Assembly (NCBI GenBank): GCA_051942245.1
Contig: JAVECL010000252.1
Coordinates: forward strand, 1 to 32,766
Length of the DNA stretch: 32,766 bases
Direction of reading: 5' to 3'
From: Trypethelium eluteriae
Taxonomy: Eukaryota
The position numbers and the translations under genes were made by a program. Under the pieces are notes generated by a model. The model searched no databases, was not told where the DNA came from, and worked only from the letters and a program-made list of their open reading frames with translations. Positions 10,387 to 21,790 of the stretch are shown here, piece by piece. How positions within the stretch are numbered: position 1 is the first letter of the stretch; the number at the start of each line of letters is the position of its first letter.

Positions 10387-12507
10387 TTATCTTTTTTGGC
10401 CAGATCCATACTCCGTTATGTTATTTGTTGCAACGAAGACATTCCACTCTGCAAGTCGCAGTTAGCTCCTGGTCAAAAGCTTTTTAATATGAAGCTCTAG
10501 ATTCACAGACCTTTGCATCCGTCCGTAATATTTGATGGAAGCTGCATTTTTAACAATTTATCGCTTCCAAACAAAACATTTATGAGCTGTCCCGGGCTGA
10601 GATGCCAAGATTTGTGACAATGAAAAGACCAAACACCAGGCGTGTTTCCAGACAGCTCAACGACTAAGTAGCCATTCGCCGGGACGATTTGTGTATCCCG
10701 CCGCTGCGGGTTGCTTGGCCGGACAATGGAGCCGTTCCAGCTTCCTTGACCAACAGCAAGGACCATCATTTGCTGACCGTGTATATGCATTGGGTGATTA
10801 AAAGACTGGCTGTTCATCCAATGGATACGAACACTCTGCGCTCCAGTAAAGTCATATACGTTCCATTGCGGATCGAATACGTCGTTTCCATTATGGGCGT
10901 GAGGGAGGACTGGATCTCCATAATTTCCGTGAAACGCTATTCCGTTCATGTCGAAGATTGTTTGGTTTTGCATGTTAGTAGACGTGGACATGTTCACGGA
11001 GACAGTTGCATCAGGCTTTTCTGTGGCCGCAATGGAGAAAACAGGAATCGTTTCCTCGAGTGGATCGTTGTTACATTGCTCGAGTCGTGGCTGAAGGAAG
11101 TCTGGTTGGCTTGTCGACCAGGGAATACCGTTTGGATCGGCTCCGTCGTAGTACACAGCCGCGAGTGCAAAAGGCTGGATAACATTGTTACAGAGGTCTG
11201 GTTGGCGGACTCTCATCCAGAACGAGCTGCCGCGGCTCCCAGTAGCCTGAACTATTACGTCTGTTCGTTGACCAGCGGCCAAAGTCACAACAGTCGTTTC
11301 ATACGGCGTCTATTTAGACAGTGATGTTAACCATCCATATGCGAGATCCACTGCAAGGGAAAGAGGATCGATGACAACACTTACAATTGGCACGAAATCG
11401 TTCGCCATGATTGTCATGGCGTGGTTATCAATACTAAATAGTAGAGGACTACCGACGGAGCTCGAATTAATTAGTCGTAGTCTATGTCTCTTTCCAGACG
11501 TGAGATTGAATTTCACAGGACCGTTGTTGGGAATACCTATTATTGTTACCGTTAGTACACGACAGTCCAACAAACAGACTTCCATCATACATGGTGAAGA
11601 GGCATCCGCTGTCAAGGAGCACTGTTTATTTGTAGGGCTTTGTATCAAGGTGTTATCAGACGCAGCCAGGAGCGAGATCAATGGGTTTCTGCCGAGAACA
11701 TCACCAAGGATTGAGGTGTAACTAGCATGATAGTAGTCGTGTATTAGTATAGGACCTATGTCGTAGTCGTAAGTGACATGGCTGGGACCATGCACGACTA
11801 AAGGCCCAAAGAGTCCGTCTGAGTATTGTGCTGATAAATGTGAATGCCACCATGAAGTTCCATAGAGACTTGCTCGGAACCGATATGTGAATGCCGAACC
11901 GGGAGTAATAGGGCATTGGGAGATACTTGCGGTTCCATCATACCAGGGTGTGCCATTCTGTGGGATACCATGCCAGTGAATGGAAGTTCCTTCTGATGGG
12001 TCATGGATTTCATTGTGGACCGTCACTTGAACCCAATCCCCCCAATTCGCTTCAATGAGCGGCTATCTTCTCTCGTCAGCACGCAGGAAATGAGTCAAGG
12101 GGAATGCATACGCCTGGGTACTGATCATTGACAAGAATAGCACTCTTGTTAACGCCGTCCGGCGCAACAACACCCCGACGAATGGTGAAATTGTAGTTTC
12201 TAGTGACATCTGTCCAAATTTAATAACTGATCATAAGAGACGATCACATTCATGCACCTGTTTCGGGTATGTCCCAAGGCGGCGTGTTTTCTGCTGTTCT
12301 GTTTCCCCAAGGAGTTGCTCCTGAAGATGGAGATCCTAAGAATGGAACTAGTCCAGGGCTTTGGAGACGTCCCGCGGGACTCTGGTCGTTTTGTCCGATC
12401 CAAAACGCCAAAGCAGCTGTTAAAAGACCTAGTGGAGATACATAGTCATTGAGAGTCGAAGTTCCAGCAGCACCAAGAGATCGGCTTGCCCAAGTCACTA
12501 CATCCAT
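10387..12507 (-). CDS. Laccase-like multicopper oxidase (AA1), about 6 exons, including a short last exon (~10387-10448) missed by the ORF track
   Basis: All four copper-binding signatures are present: HWHG, WWHSH, HPMHIHG, HCHKSWH. Also APDGV, YPG|PLIEANWGD, GQRTDV and NPQRRDT. Splice sites restore the frame, and the last exon reads EWNVFVATNNITEYGSGQKR*. Confidence 0.93.
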
Positions 12508-13243
12508 GGCCGGAAGGATGATAGATACAGGCTTTGCACGTTCGACCTCTGGTTCTGTCCATTTTTGTGCCTTTGACCAGCCTTAGCCTTCGATCGCCGA
12601 CCAAGTCTATGGCCATATGAGGCGACTCGATCGTTAGCTGAACGGGACCAACAAGCACACCAAATTTTGGTCCAGCGCTGAAGGATCAAGAGATGCGTGC
12701 ATACGAGCTCAGCCAGACGCTGTCATCTGTAGCTTTGTTTGCGGCATAAGAGTGGGACCATAGCGGTACGCGTCTGCAAGTTGCTTAATCCCGTTTGCCC
12801 CGTGCCATTGGGAGGCTCAGCCTCTCTGCAAAGTTGCCGGATCAGCCTAGTGCTATCTGCGACATCTTTCAATGTGTCTCAGTAGTGATCATATTGTTAG
12901 GCTAGATAGACTCAGCGAGGTAAACAGTGACGCAATGATTTGAGATGACAAACATGCGAAAGACCCTTACGATAGAGTAGAGTACGATTGGCGCGCTGCG
13001 CTATGCGAGTTTAGAGTAGTGGTTTCAGCCACTTTCATTTCACGATCTAGGTTGCAAGCTGTCCTAAGGCTAGATACGTTAAATTTGACCTCCAAATTTT
13101 CAAATTTCCAGGCTGTCTCGGATCGGAATAACATTGACAGCTTTTGTCACCTGCAGCATATGCAGAACAAAATTATACAGCCGCCGAGGCTATCACTTGC
13201 AAGCGCCCCGTCGCCTTATTTGAGTTACATTACATGCAGAGTC

Positions 13244-13269
13244 GCCTGGCAGCCTGGCAGCCTGGCAGC
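13244..13269. repeat. Short tandem repeat (GCCTGGCA)x3 in the divergent laccase/SDR intergenic region
   Basis: gcctggcagcctggcagcctggcagc read directly from the sequence. Confidence 0.7.
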
Positions 13270-13680
13270 TGAGTACTTAGGCAAGAGTACGGAGTAGCTT
13301 TTCATCGTTACGCATATGCAGGTAGCCCGAAGAGTCTACCTCATCGGATGCGAATTCTTTGTTGGAAAAGGGGCGTGCAATCACCAATCTCTCCCCGCTG
13401 TTCAGCCTCGACGTGCAGATGCAGAGAACTGCGCCGCATATTCCAAATCTTATCTCTGTGGCCCAGCTTGTCTGGAGCGTATCTTCAACGTGGTCTCTGG
13501 CTGTCAGTACTCTGAAAGCTAGCGACAAGGACAATGATGCAAAGCGTATCGGCTTTGTTTTATCATCGTTCTCCGTTGGAGCCAGTCGTTGCGTGAAAGC
13601 GTTTCTTACTTGCTAGCTTGTAAGAGATAAAGAGCCGTTGAACGCTCAGCCACTGCTAATTGATCAAGATAACTCTTAAA

Positions 13681-14820
13681 ATGTCGCCATCGTGGGAACA
13701 ACGGTATATTGACTCTGCAATGGTCATCGGCGGGTGCGGCTTCGTGGGATTTCATATCGTCCAGCATCTACTCAAAGAGAGTCGCTGCGGGCAGATCACT
13801 GTCGCAAGTCGCAATCCCAATGAAAATCGCTTGGATGGCGTTTCGTACGTTCAATTGGACCTCGCCAATGCCAGATCTGTCAAAGAGGTCGTTGCAAAGA
13901 TCAAACCTGAGGTGATCTTCCACGTTGCCGCCCCGCGCGCCGTTGACGGAGTCAACAATACGTCGATATTCTTCCAAACCATCGCTGAAGGCACAAAAAA
14001 TGTGATCGAGGCAGCAACAGCTAGCACAAAAGTGAAGGCACTGGTGTATACGTCAACTATGGCGGTGCATGTTGACTACGAGCACTTTGATCTGACTGAG
14101 GATGCCCCGGTGTGGCAGGAGGATTCTAAGACGTTTCCCTACTACAAAGCAAAAGCTTTGGCAGACACTATGGTTCTTCATGCAAACAAGCCTTTAGATG
14201 AAAAGGGTAAAGGCTTGAGAACAGCAACGCTTCGTCTCCCAATGGTCTACGGAGAGCGCGATACTCAGGGCATCCCTGGTCAGCTCGAGGCCTTCAAAAA
14301 TGGCCAGACAAAGATACAGCTTGGAAACGGTCTTAACCATGTTGAGCCCCTTTACGCACCCAATTGTGCCATTGCCCATGCTTTGACCGCCAGGGCTCTT
14401 CTCGCTTCCCAGCGAACTTCTCTGTCACCGAGAGTCGACGGTGAAGCCTTCTTCATCACAAATGGTGATCCGCAGCCGTTCTGGACTTTCTCTCGGCGGA
14501 TATGGCAGCTTGTCGGCGATGAGACGAAGCCAGAAGATATCACGGTAGTGCCTGGAAAGGTAGCGCTCACGCTCAGTAGCATGGTGGAGTGGGCTTTCTT
14601 CATTTCTACCCTGGGATACAAGAAGCCACCCCTCAACGTCACCCGTCTTTACATCCAGTACTCGATCTATAACACCACTTACAATATCCGCAAAGCACGC
14701 GAACGTCTGGGGTACAACCCAACGATCGATCTCGACGCAAGTCTACGCAGCTCCATTACCTCAACCATCGACCGAGACGCTCGCTTTGCCGATCTAAAGC
14801 TGATACCAAGACAAGCATAA
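13681..14820 (+). CDS. Extended SDR of the 3-beta-hydroxysteroid dehydrogenase / C-3 sterol dehydrogenase (Erg26-like) family; intronless
   Basis: ATG 13681. Rossmann motif GGCGFVG, VIFHVAAP, LVYTST, catalytic YYKAK (YxxxK), LRLPMVYGERD and GEAFFITNGDPQPFWTF. Confidence 0.9.
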   Translation: MSPSWEQRYIDSAMVIGGCGFVGFHIVQHLLKESRCGQITVASRNPNENRLDGVSYVQLDLANARSVKEVVAKIKPEVIFHVAAPRAVDGVNNTSIFFQTIAEGTKNVIEAATASTKVKALVYTSTMAVHVDYEHFDLTEDAPVWQEDSKTFPYYKAKALADTMVLHANKPLDEKGKGLRTATLRLPMVYGERDTQGIPGQLEAFKNGQTKIQLGNGLNHVEPLYAPNCAIAHALTARALLASQRTSLSPRVDGEAFFITNGDPQPFWTFSRRIWQLVGDETKPEDITVVPGKVALTLSSMVEWAFFISTLGYKKPPLNVTRLYIQYSIYNTTYNIRKARERLGYNPTIDLDASLRSSITSTIDRDARFADLKLIPRQA

Positions 14821-15590
14821 GAGGCTGGACGCTAGCAGATTCAGAGTCCATCCCGAGGTAGCCGCCCGCATGTATTACCATACTGTAGCCTAGCAGCAAC
14901 CTCCATAAATAATTTGATCTACTATTCAATGTTGTTTCACGTTTCACACTCCACACTGGTAAGTCGGACTTCCTAATCAGCGTGGCGCAGTGCAAATTTC
15001 AATATGCATAGAGCCCTGCATCAATACTCGACTCGGGAACTCCGATTCGACGACCGGAGCTGAATGCTCCACTGATCGGGCCAGGACATGACGATGCAGG
15101 TCGTAGCGTAGGTGGCTCGCCCCGTATGAATGCCGTCTTTCGTGCGCCAACACACTCTTTCCCGATTCGACTGGTCATGCGACCTACGCTTAACCTCGCA
15201 GACATCCACCAAAACGCATATACACACATGCACGCACTCCCTGTTGGCCTCACAGCCGTTTCCAGCTGAGATTGAGCAGCTGCACCTACGGCTTTCAGTG
15301 GCGTCAGTGTGGAGAGTTTTTCGCTTACACTGCGGCTCAGGCATTTACTGGCGATTACTGACTCGAGAATGATTTGCAGGATGCTCTTGTTTTCGTATGA
15401 GTTGCGAATTCTATGAGTGGAGATCTAGCACACTATCTATTCAAATGACGATTCCACTGTGTTCGCCAGCGCCGTGCTGTAGGCTACTGAAGATATTTCA
15501 AGAATTACGGAAGGGATTGCTTAGGTACGCTACCTCAAGCCCCATGGAAATGTCAATTGTGTTACTCCGATAGGCGGTCAACCATTTCCT

Positions 15591-17095
15591 TCAAACGATC
15601 TCTCGTGCACCGCTACGCTCCAGTTCAACCTGCCGTTCCATCCAAATACCATCTTCTCTACGGATGCCGCTACCACCAGAAACAATGGTTTTCGTAGGTT
15701 CCGCATGACCAAGCTCGATGAAGCCTGGTGTATTCATCCCTTTGCCTAGCAGCGTATACTCCGACGTCGGCCCCGAATCGTTGGATTTGGCATATGAATT
15801 TGAGGCTTCTGACTTCGATACATCTGAGTCTCCAGAGCGAGACCGCCTGCTCAAGTTCAGGCCTGCGGAGATTTGCGATCTCAAAACCTCGTACGGAGGC
15901 AGATGATGGTGGAGCGTTTGTGATAGAGCAGGTGCGCAACTACAGATGACACCTACTTCCATTTCCACGAGCCTTCAAGGCGGTCAGTCGAGCAGAATAG
16001 AGCAATGAAGAGGCTTGAACCTACGAGGTAATCAACGTTGGAACCAGCAAGAGCAGGATGTCATCCGTAGTCTGGATCTGAGAACGATACGAGAGGGTGA
16101 TCATGGAGGCCACACATGCACTGTAGAACCATTAGTTGACTTTCAGCTTATTGGGAAACGGGGCTATCGACATTCCGCCTGTCATGAAGACGATCCCGAC
16201 GCCCAACTTGCGTTCAGTCGATAGTTGTAGTTTCCAGACTCCTACAAAAGGAAGGATCAAAATGTACAAGTCCAGAACGACACTGATAGCCGCGAGCGGA
16301 ACCGACATATGAACCTGTTTCGTAGCCATCTTGGTCGCAGTATGCGCTGCAAAGGTTTCACCTGGGCGAGGCGTGTCGAATACAAATGAGAGAATGACGA
16401 TGATAGTATAGAAGGCAGTGCTAATCGTTCCACCGATCCAGATCGCAATCCTCAAACCCTTGAATGGAGCAAAAAGGTGCATATAGAGCAGAAAAAAGCT
16501 CAATTTGATAAAACCTAGACCAGCTGGACAAAGAATATTCTCGATGTACGAAGTCTGGCCAGTCATTTCAGTCTAATTGATAGCCACCTGTGAGCTCAGC
16601 TTACCACGAAAAAGTCACTTTCCATGAGCTGCGCTACCGAGACATCCCATGAATGTCTCCCTACGTATCCATTCTGGACGCCTGCGTGCGATGAGTCAAC
16701 CCCTTGAACTTATTTGATCCACTGGCCGAGATTTCATACCAAGCACACAAGCAGCGTAGTATGCATTCGTGAGCAACTATCTCAAAAACGTCAGTCTCAC
16801 TCTCAAGCTGAGTGAAGGACTCATACAAAGCCAACGAAACACGTGGCTCATGACTTTGTCAGCGGAAAACTGTAAAAGCAGCTTCGACACACGTACCGTC
16901 GCTCCAATGGAATGTTTTGCGGACGAATAGAGCGGCATAGGCGCGAACCATCACGAAAATAATCATTAAAAATAGGAATACAGAGCAACTTATTATAAGG
17001 ACATTGCCAAGGCTCTCTGTACTTGTAAAATTGAATGCTGGCCCTTTAGGGTTCGGCATGAATGGACCGTTCAAAATGTCAGAGTAGGAACTCAT
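15591..17095 (-). CDS. PTH11-like integral membrane protein (fungal rhodopsin domain, no CFEM), about 6 exons including two micro-exons
   Basis: ATG 17095 and a first TM helix ending VRAYAALFVRKTFHWSD|ATCFVGF, followed by GRHSWDV, FIKLSFFLLYMHLF, DLYILILPFVGVWKLQLSTERKLGV, EMEVGVICSCAPAL and a Ser-rich cytosolic tail. Confidence 0.88.
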
Positions 17096-18488
17096 TTTCG
17101 CAGCTTGGGTGTAACGATGCAGTTCGGCTAGATAGTTGATTTTGAAATATACAATAAAGTTGAGCAATTCAGAAGAGGGTTAACGTCACTCCCAGTAGGG
17201 GCTAAGGAATGGTTCGCAGGTCAGAGGTGTATTTTGAAGACAAAAGATCGGCGGCAGCATTCGAGGATCTGTACATAGTACGCTTGCTCAAATAGGCGGA
17301 GCTGAGCGGATGGATCAGCAATGCTCATGCACTTGCTGTATCCGCTCGTCGTGCTGCTATGAGGACAATATAGGGAATCAGTGTACCTCTTCAAGCAATC
17401 CGCCGTTGCGGCGCGGAAGCAGCCTGAGATCGCGCTCCAGACGCATTTGCCTCTGCTTCATTCTCAGCTCGTTGCGGCACGGGAAGATTCTTTCCCACTG
17501 CTCTAGACTATTAGGTAGTTGTGGGGCCAGCGGGCAAAGCAGTTGCAGTACGCAGGCGTTGCAAGCCTAGTGCAGGCAGGCCTGCGGCAGGTCGACGTGA
17601 TGAGATCTGGTTGCCTTACCAATAATGTGTGCCGATCCAAGCCCGCATAGCCGTGCGTCGAAGCTTCAAAGTAAGCCTCGTACGAGTAAAGGCAGTCTCA
17701 GATGTTCGTAATTCAAACTATCTGATTGGTCTCGAGGAAGCGCTTGCATTCAGCCACCGCCGTCAAAATCTGGATGCTTCTCACGCGCTGTATTGCGAAC
17801 TACGTTACGTCATTACACAAAGTATTTCTTCCCACTTGCCTTTTTCTTTCGTCAGCTCATTAGTACACAGTAGCCGTACATGAACACGTCGGGCGGTCCT
17901 GTATGCAAGGAGGAAGGACATGCGACGTTGCTGTTACCCTGAGGCGCAAAGGATGCGAGACATTAGCCAGTTGCTTTGCTTTGCAAAGCTATTGAGGCGT
18001 AGTTAGCCATTCTTTCTGAAACAAGAGCTGATCATGATTGTTGTACTGGCTGCATTTGGTGGGATCATGGGATCTCTACGAATACTCTAGAGTACTCTAT
18101 GATACTGACCCTTGTAGGTCAAGTCAACAATGCCGCATATCTACAGCTCTTCAGCCCCTGCACCAATTGAGCAATGAATGCCGCGCCGTACAACGGAAAA
18201 ATCGACATGTTGGCAGATGATGCGTGCCCAACTAGTCAATAGGATTGCTTCAAGGCAGATTTCCAGCGCATATTAGTTCACGTTGATTGCTCCGGAGTCT
18301 CCTAGCTTGCACCGAGCCACATATTTCACGGTGACCGCTATTGTTTAACGTTACAGTGAGCTTTCTCCAATCGGAGCTCATTCAAGAACAGCGCTGTGCC
18401 CGCTACTCATTCAAATACTGGGCAAAGGACTATAGTCTTATCAACCCTCTTATCTGAAAATATCTCGTCTGCCTAGCTGGACTTCAGC

Positions 18489-20572
18489 ATGGAAATTGCA
18501 GAGCTTTCAAGCATGACTTGGTCACGTTGGAGCTCTTGCAGTGGCGCTGATATCGCCTTCTTTACAGTCCTAATGGCCGCCGAAGTCTTCGAACTTTATT
18601 TTATGGTACGCTCTAGAAGCAAGTAGATCAGACAAAACAATAGCTGACGGGGATTGAGGTGACCGATATGATTCCTGCCAGATATACCAGCATTGTGAAA
18701 TCTAGGATCTTGAAGATTTCTCAACCTTTCCGCGCTGTCTGGCAGATATACCATGACTTCGTAAGCGAAACATTTGCGGCTGTCGAGAAATTCAGCTGGT
18801 AACCATTGGGCCATAGTCAAACAGTAGATTTTATATTCCATTGAGCCAACCCGATTTGACTCTAATCCGATCGTCCGATCAGATGCTCCAACTTGCTGAA
18901 GCTCCGGAGCTCTCCCAAAGAGCCGTGTATGCAGATGTAGGACTACAGCGCGCCCATATGCCACAGCCGCCGCTCACGAGGTATAGATATTTGGCTTTGC
19001 ACACAACATGAGCCATAACCGCATTGCCTTGGATCCAACAGAAGACGTTAACACAACAAGATATCGGCTTTTTTCACGTGCGATCCGGGTAGTAGGAGGA
19101 AAGCAGCTTCCCGAACTCACACAGCATTTCCAAGCATGGATTGAGAGTGTACTAAACGAAGCTGTCGATTCTCGGCAATCTCTAGATGGTAAGCCATCTT
19201 GACTTAAATGGTTCTACGCTCATATGATGCTCCAGGGTGGGTACCTGTCCACCTGGCTCCTTTGATGCGGAAAGTTGCCACTGGTGCTCTTGGAAGATAT
19301 GTGTTTGGAGAAAGCCTGAGTATGTATGACCTGAGCTTCAGATTAGATTGAGTTCTAACACAGAAAGCCCGAAACCCTGAATTCGAAGCTTCAATGCACG
19401 GCTATTATAAGGATGTCGTTAAGTCTATGGGAGCATTGAAATTCTGTCCCAAGTTTCTGAGAACGTAAGTCTATGTCCTCTAAGCAAAGTAAAGAAATGC
19501 ACTCACTCAACAGATACGTTTATAAGCTTGTCACAAGAGATGGTCAGGCACTTCATACTTTGTTCAGGCATATGAGCCCTATAATCCAGTCAGCAGGCGA
19601 TTCATGGGACGAAAAAGAGCCATTTAAATCAGTACGTACTTCTGAACTAGTGTGGAAGTTACACTGATGAATGCAAAGATCACCTTATTGTATAATATGA
19701 TTAAGCTGTCAGAAGGGTCCACATACTGGACTCCTGACGTCTTGATGCAAGCCGTTGTAGGAATCTGGTTTGCTGCGTCACATCAGCCATGGGTGGTAAG
19801 TTGTACTGCAGTCACAAAGATTCTGTTCTCTGACAGCATTAGAACCTTCATTGCGTCTTTCTTGAGCTTTGCGAAAGGCCTGAGTATATCGGTATTTTGC
19901 GCGAGGAGCTTGCATCGTCAGGCGATCTGAACTACAAAACCCTTACCGAATTGCCCATCCTGGACAGTTTTGCAAAAGAATCTGCACGCCTCAACCCTCT
20001 TGACAGGAGTATGTTTCCCGAAGTTCTGACATCATTATCTAGATCGCTGATATGCTGGTAGTGGGGATACGTAGAAAAGCGCTAAAGCCGTTCCAGTTCG
20101 GCAACGGTGGTCCGCTTGTACCCACCGGGGGCGTGGTATGCGTACCGGCTTTCGATTTGCTGCATAATGCTTCTAAGTACGAAGATCCATTCCGTTTTGA
20201 TGGACTACGGTTCCTAGACAATGGCTCCGCCGAAGAGAACGAGGCAAATGATATGCGAGGTACCAAATTTACAGACCCGTCAAAGGATTTTCCAATCTGG
20301 GGTCTCGGCTCAAAAGCGTGGTATGTATCTCAATAAATATCCAACAGACACTGATCATTGTACTGACGAAATGTAGTCCTGGCCGCTTTCATGCTTCGTT
20401 GGTGATGAAGCTTGCGATCGCACACATCGTAAAGCATTACGACTTTTACCTTCAGCAGCCCAACAAGCGGCACAGATGGTTCTGGGAGACATATATGATG
20501 CCGTACGAATCAACGACTATACTGCTCCGTAGACGTGATATGGTGTGTCAAGGTGCTAACTTGAGCAAGTGA
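18489..20572 (+). CDS. Cytochrome P450 (ent-kaurene-oxidase/PaxP-like secondary-metabolism type), about 11 exons
   Basis: Ten phase-consistent introns. I-helix GIWFAASHQPW, K-helix KESARLNP, DPFRFDGLRF, and heme motif WGLGSKAC|PGRF with the Cys codon split by the intron at ~20321-20377. The N-terminal exons are less certain. Confidence 0.88.
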
Positions 20573-20707
20573 CGACCGATACTTTAGACCTTAAGACATA
20601 GCGCAGGTCCTAAGCAAGAGCTTACTGAAATGGTTTGACAAGGATTCGAGTATTCGCGCAGTGTTATGAATATAGAAGCCCTACCGCCCCTTTTTTTTTG
20701 AATTCTG

Positions 20708-21790
20708 TTATGGACCGATAGTCTCAGTTGAATACGCCTGCTCCGAGATGCCCTCGCAATCCTTAATATGGACCAGAAAGTCTGATCTAGATCAAGCTCT
20801 GCATTCTCCCCTATAAAGTCGCCGTATGCACACGCTATTAGGTTCACCGCTGCGCGCTTTTCTATCGGGAATTTTGTACTTGGCCAATCGTTGAAGTAGC
20901 GCGTGACATCCGAGGCACCACAGCCCATGTTCTGGTAGCTTGGACCCTCCGAGGGATGGAATTGCAGTAGAGGCCATGCCACAGAATAGATCCTTGGGAG
21001 CTTTGAGGACCGTAGACGGGAACGTCGGACGTTGTAGATGTGCAGTTGTGTCTGAACGGTTTGAGGCCATTTGAGTATGTCCGCTCAATCTCAAGGCGTG
21101 CTCTGATTTCACGTAAGCCTGCATGGCCTGTTCTGAACCGTGGATCGCGATTGCTCGCATTCTGGCCTGTTCCACGCTGACGAGAGTTGAAGCAGTTTTG
21201 TGTGTGACCGGGAGTCCTATGCGATATTCCCCTGGGATGCCTTGCATGATTGGTAAACCAGACAGGTCATTCGGGGTGATGCCAAACCATTTGGAGATCC
21301 TGGGAGTTGTTGATACTCGTAGAGACAAATCGTCACGAAGGCAGTTCAGACAGCACCGCTCAGATGTTGGGAGAAAAAGAAAAGGCCCATAATCATTACA
21401 CTTGACACAGGAATATGAGCGTAGCACTGTGTAAATGCAAGCTGCAGAGTGCGTGCCAAAGAGTTTCGTTCTCTTCATTGCCGCCAAGGCATTTGTGGCA
21501 TGAATCGATGTTTTGCGATATGCAGGGAGTGCCTCTACGAGGAATCTGCAGCGACGGCTCCCGTGGACAAGGTTGTAAAGGCTCTGAAAATCCAGTAATT
21601 CGAATATGAGGTGTAGTATCTCAACTGGTAGTGCATTCAGAGCTCCCGCCGAAGACGATACGCCAGGATCGTGCTGAAGGTACTCTGGAGAAGGAACATT
21701 AATATCGATCATGGCCTTTCGAAGGTACACGGTGCGCCACGACCATTGGGAGACCAGCGCTGCAGGCGAAGTGTCTTGTACTTTTGCCAT
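20708..21790 (-). CDS. Fungal F-box protein with Cys-rich domain; ORF ends at TGA 20792-20794 but family-like sequence continues in frame to TAA 20708 (possible recent nonsense allele)
   Basis: F-box LNALPVEILHLIFELLDFQSL, then CVKCNDYGPFLFLPTSERCCLNCL and GLWCLGC. After the stop the frame reads SRSDFLVHIKDCEG. Confidence 0.8.

Noticed and set aside
17625..18171. Possible small spliced gene between the PTH11-like gene and the P450 (ATG 17625 with GTAAGC donor at 17671; a PFFLKQELIMIVVLAAFG|QVNNAAYLQLFSPCTN* segment)
   Set aside because: No consistent exon chain or recognisable domain could be built. It may be 5' UTR introns of the P450 or chance; RNA-seq is needed.
12508..18488. Search for a fungal RiPP precursor (KR-delimited repeats) or DUF3328 gene to explain the oxidative block
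   Set aside because: No repetitive core-peptide ORF or HxxHC motif was seen in the intergenic regions.
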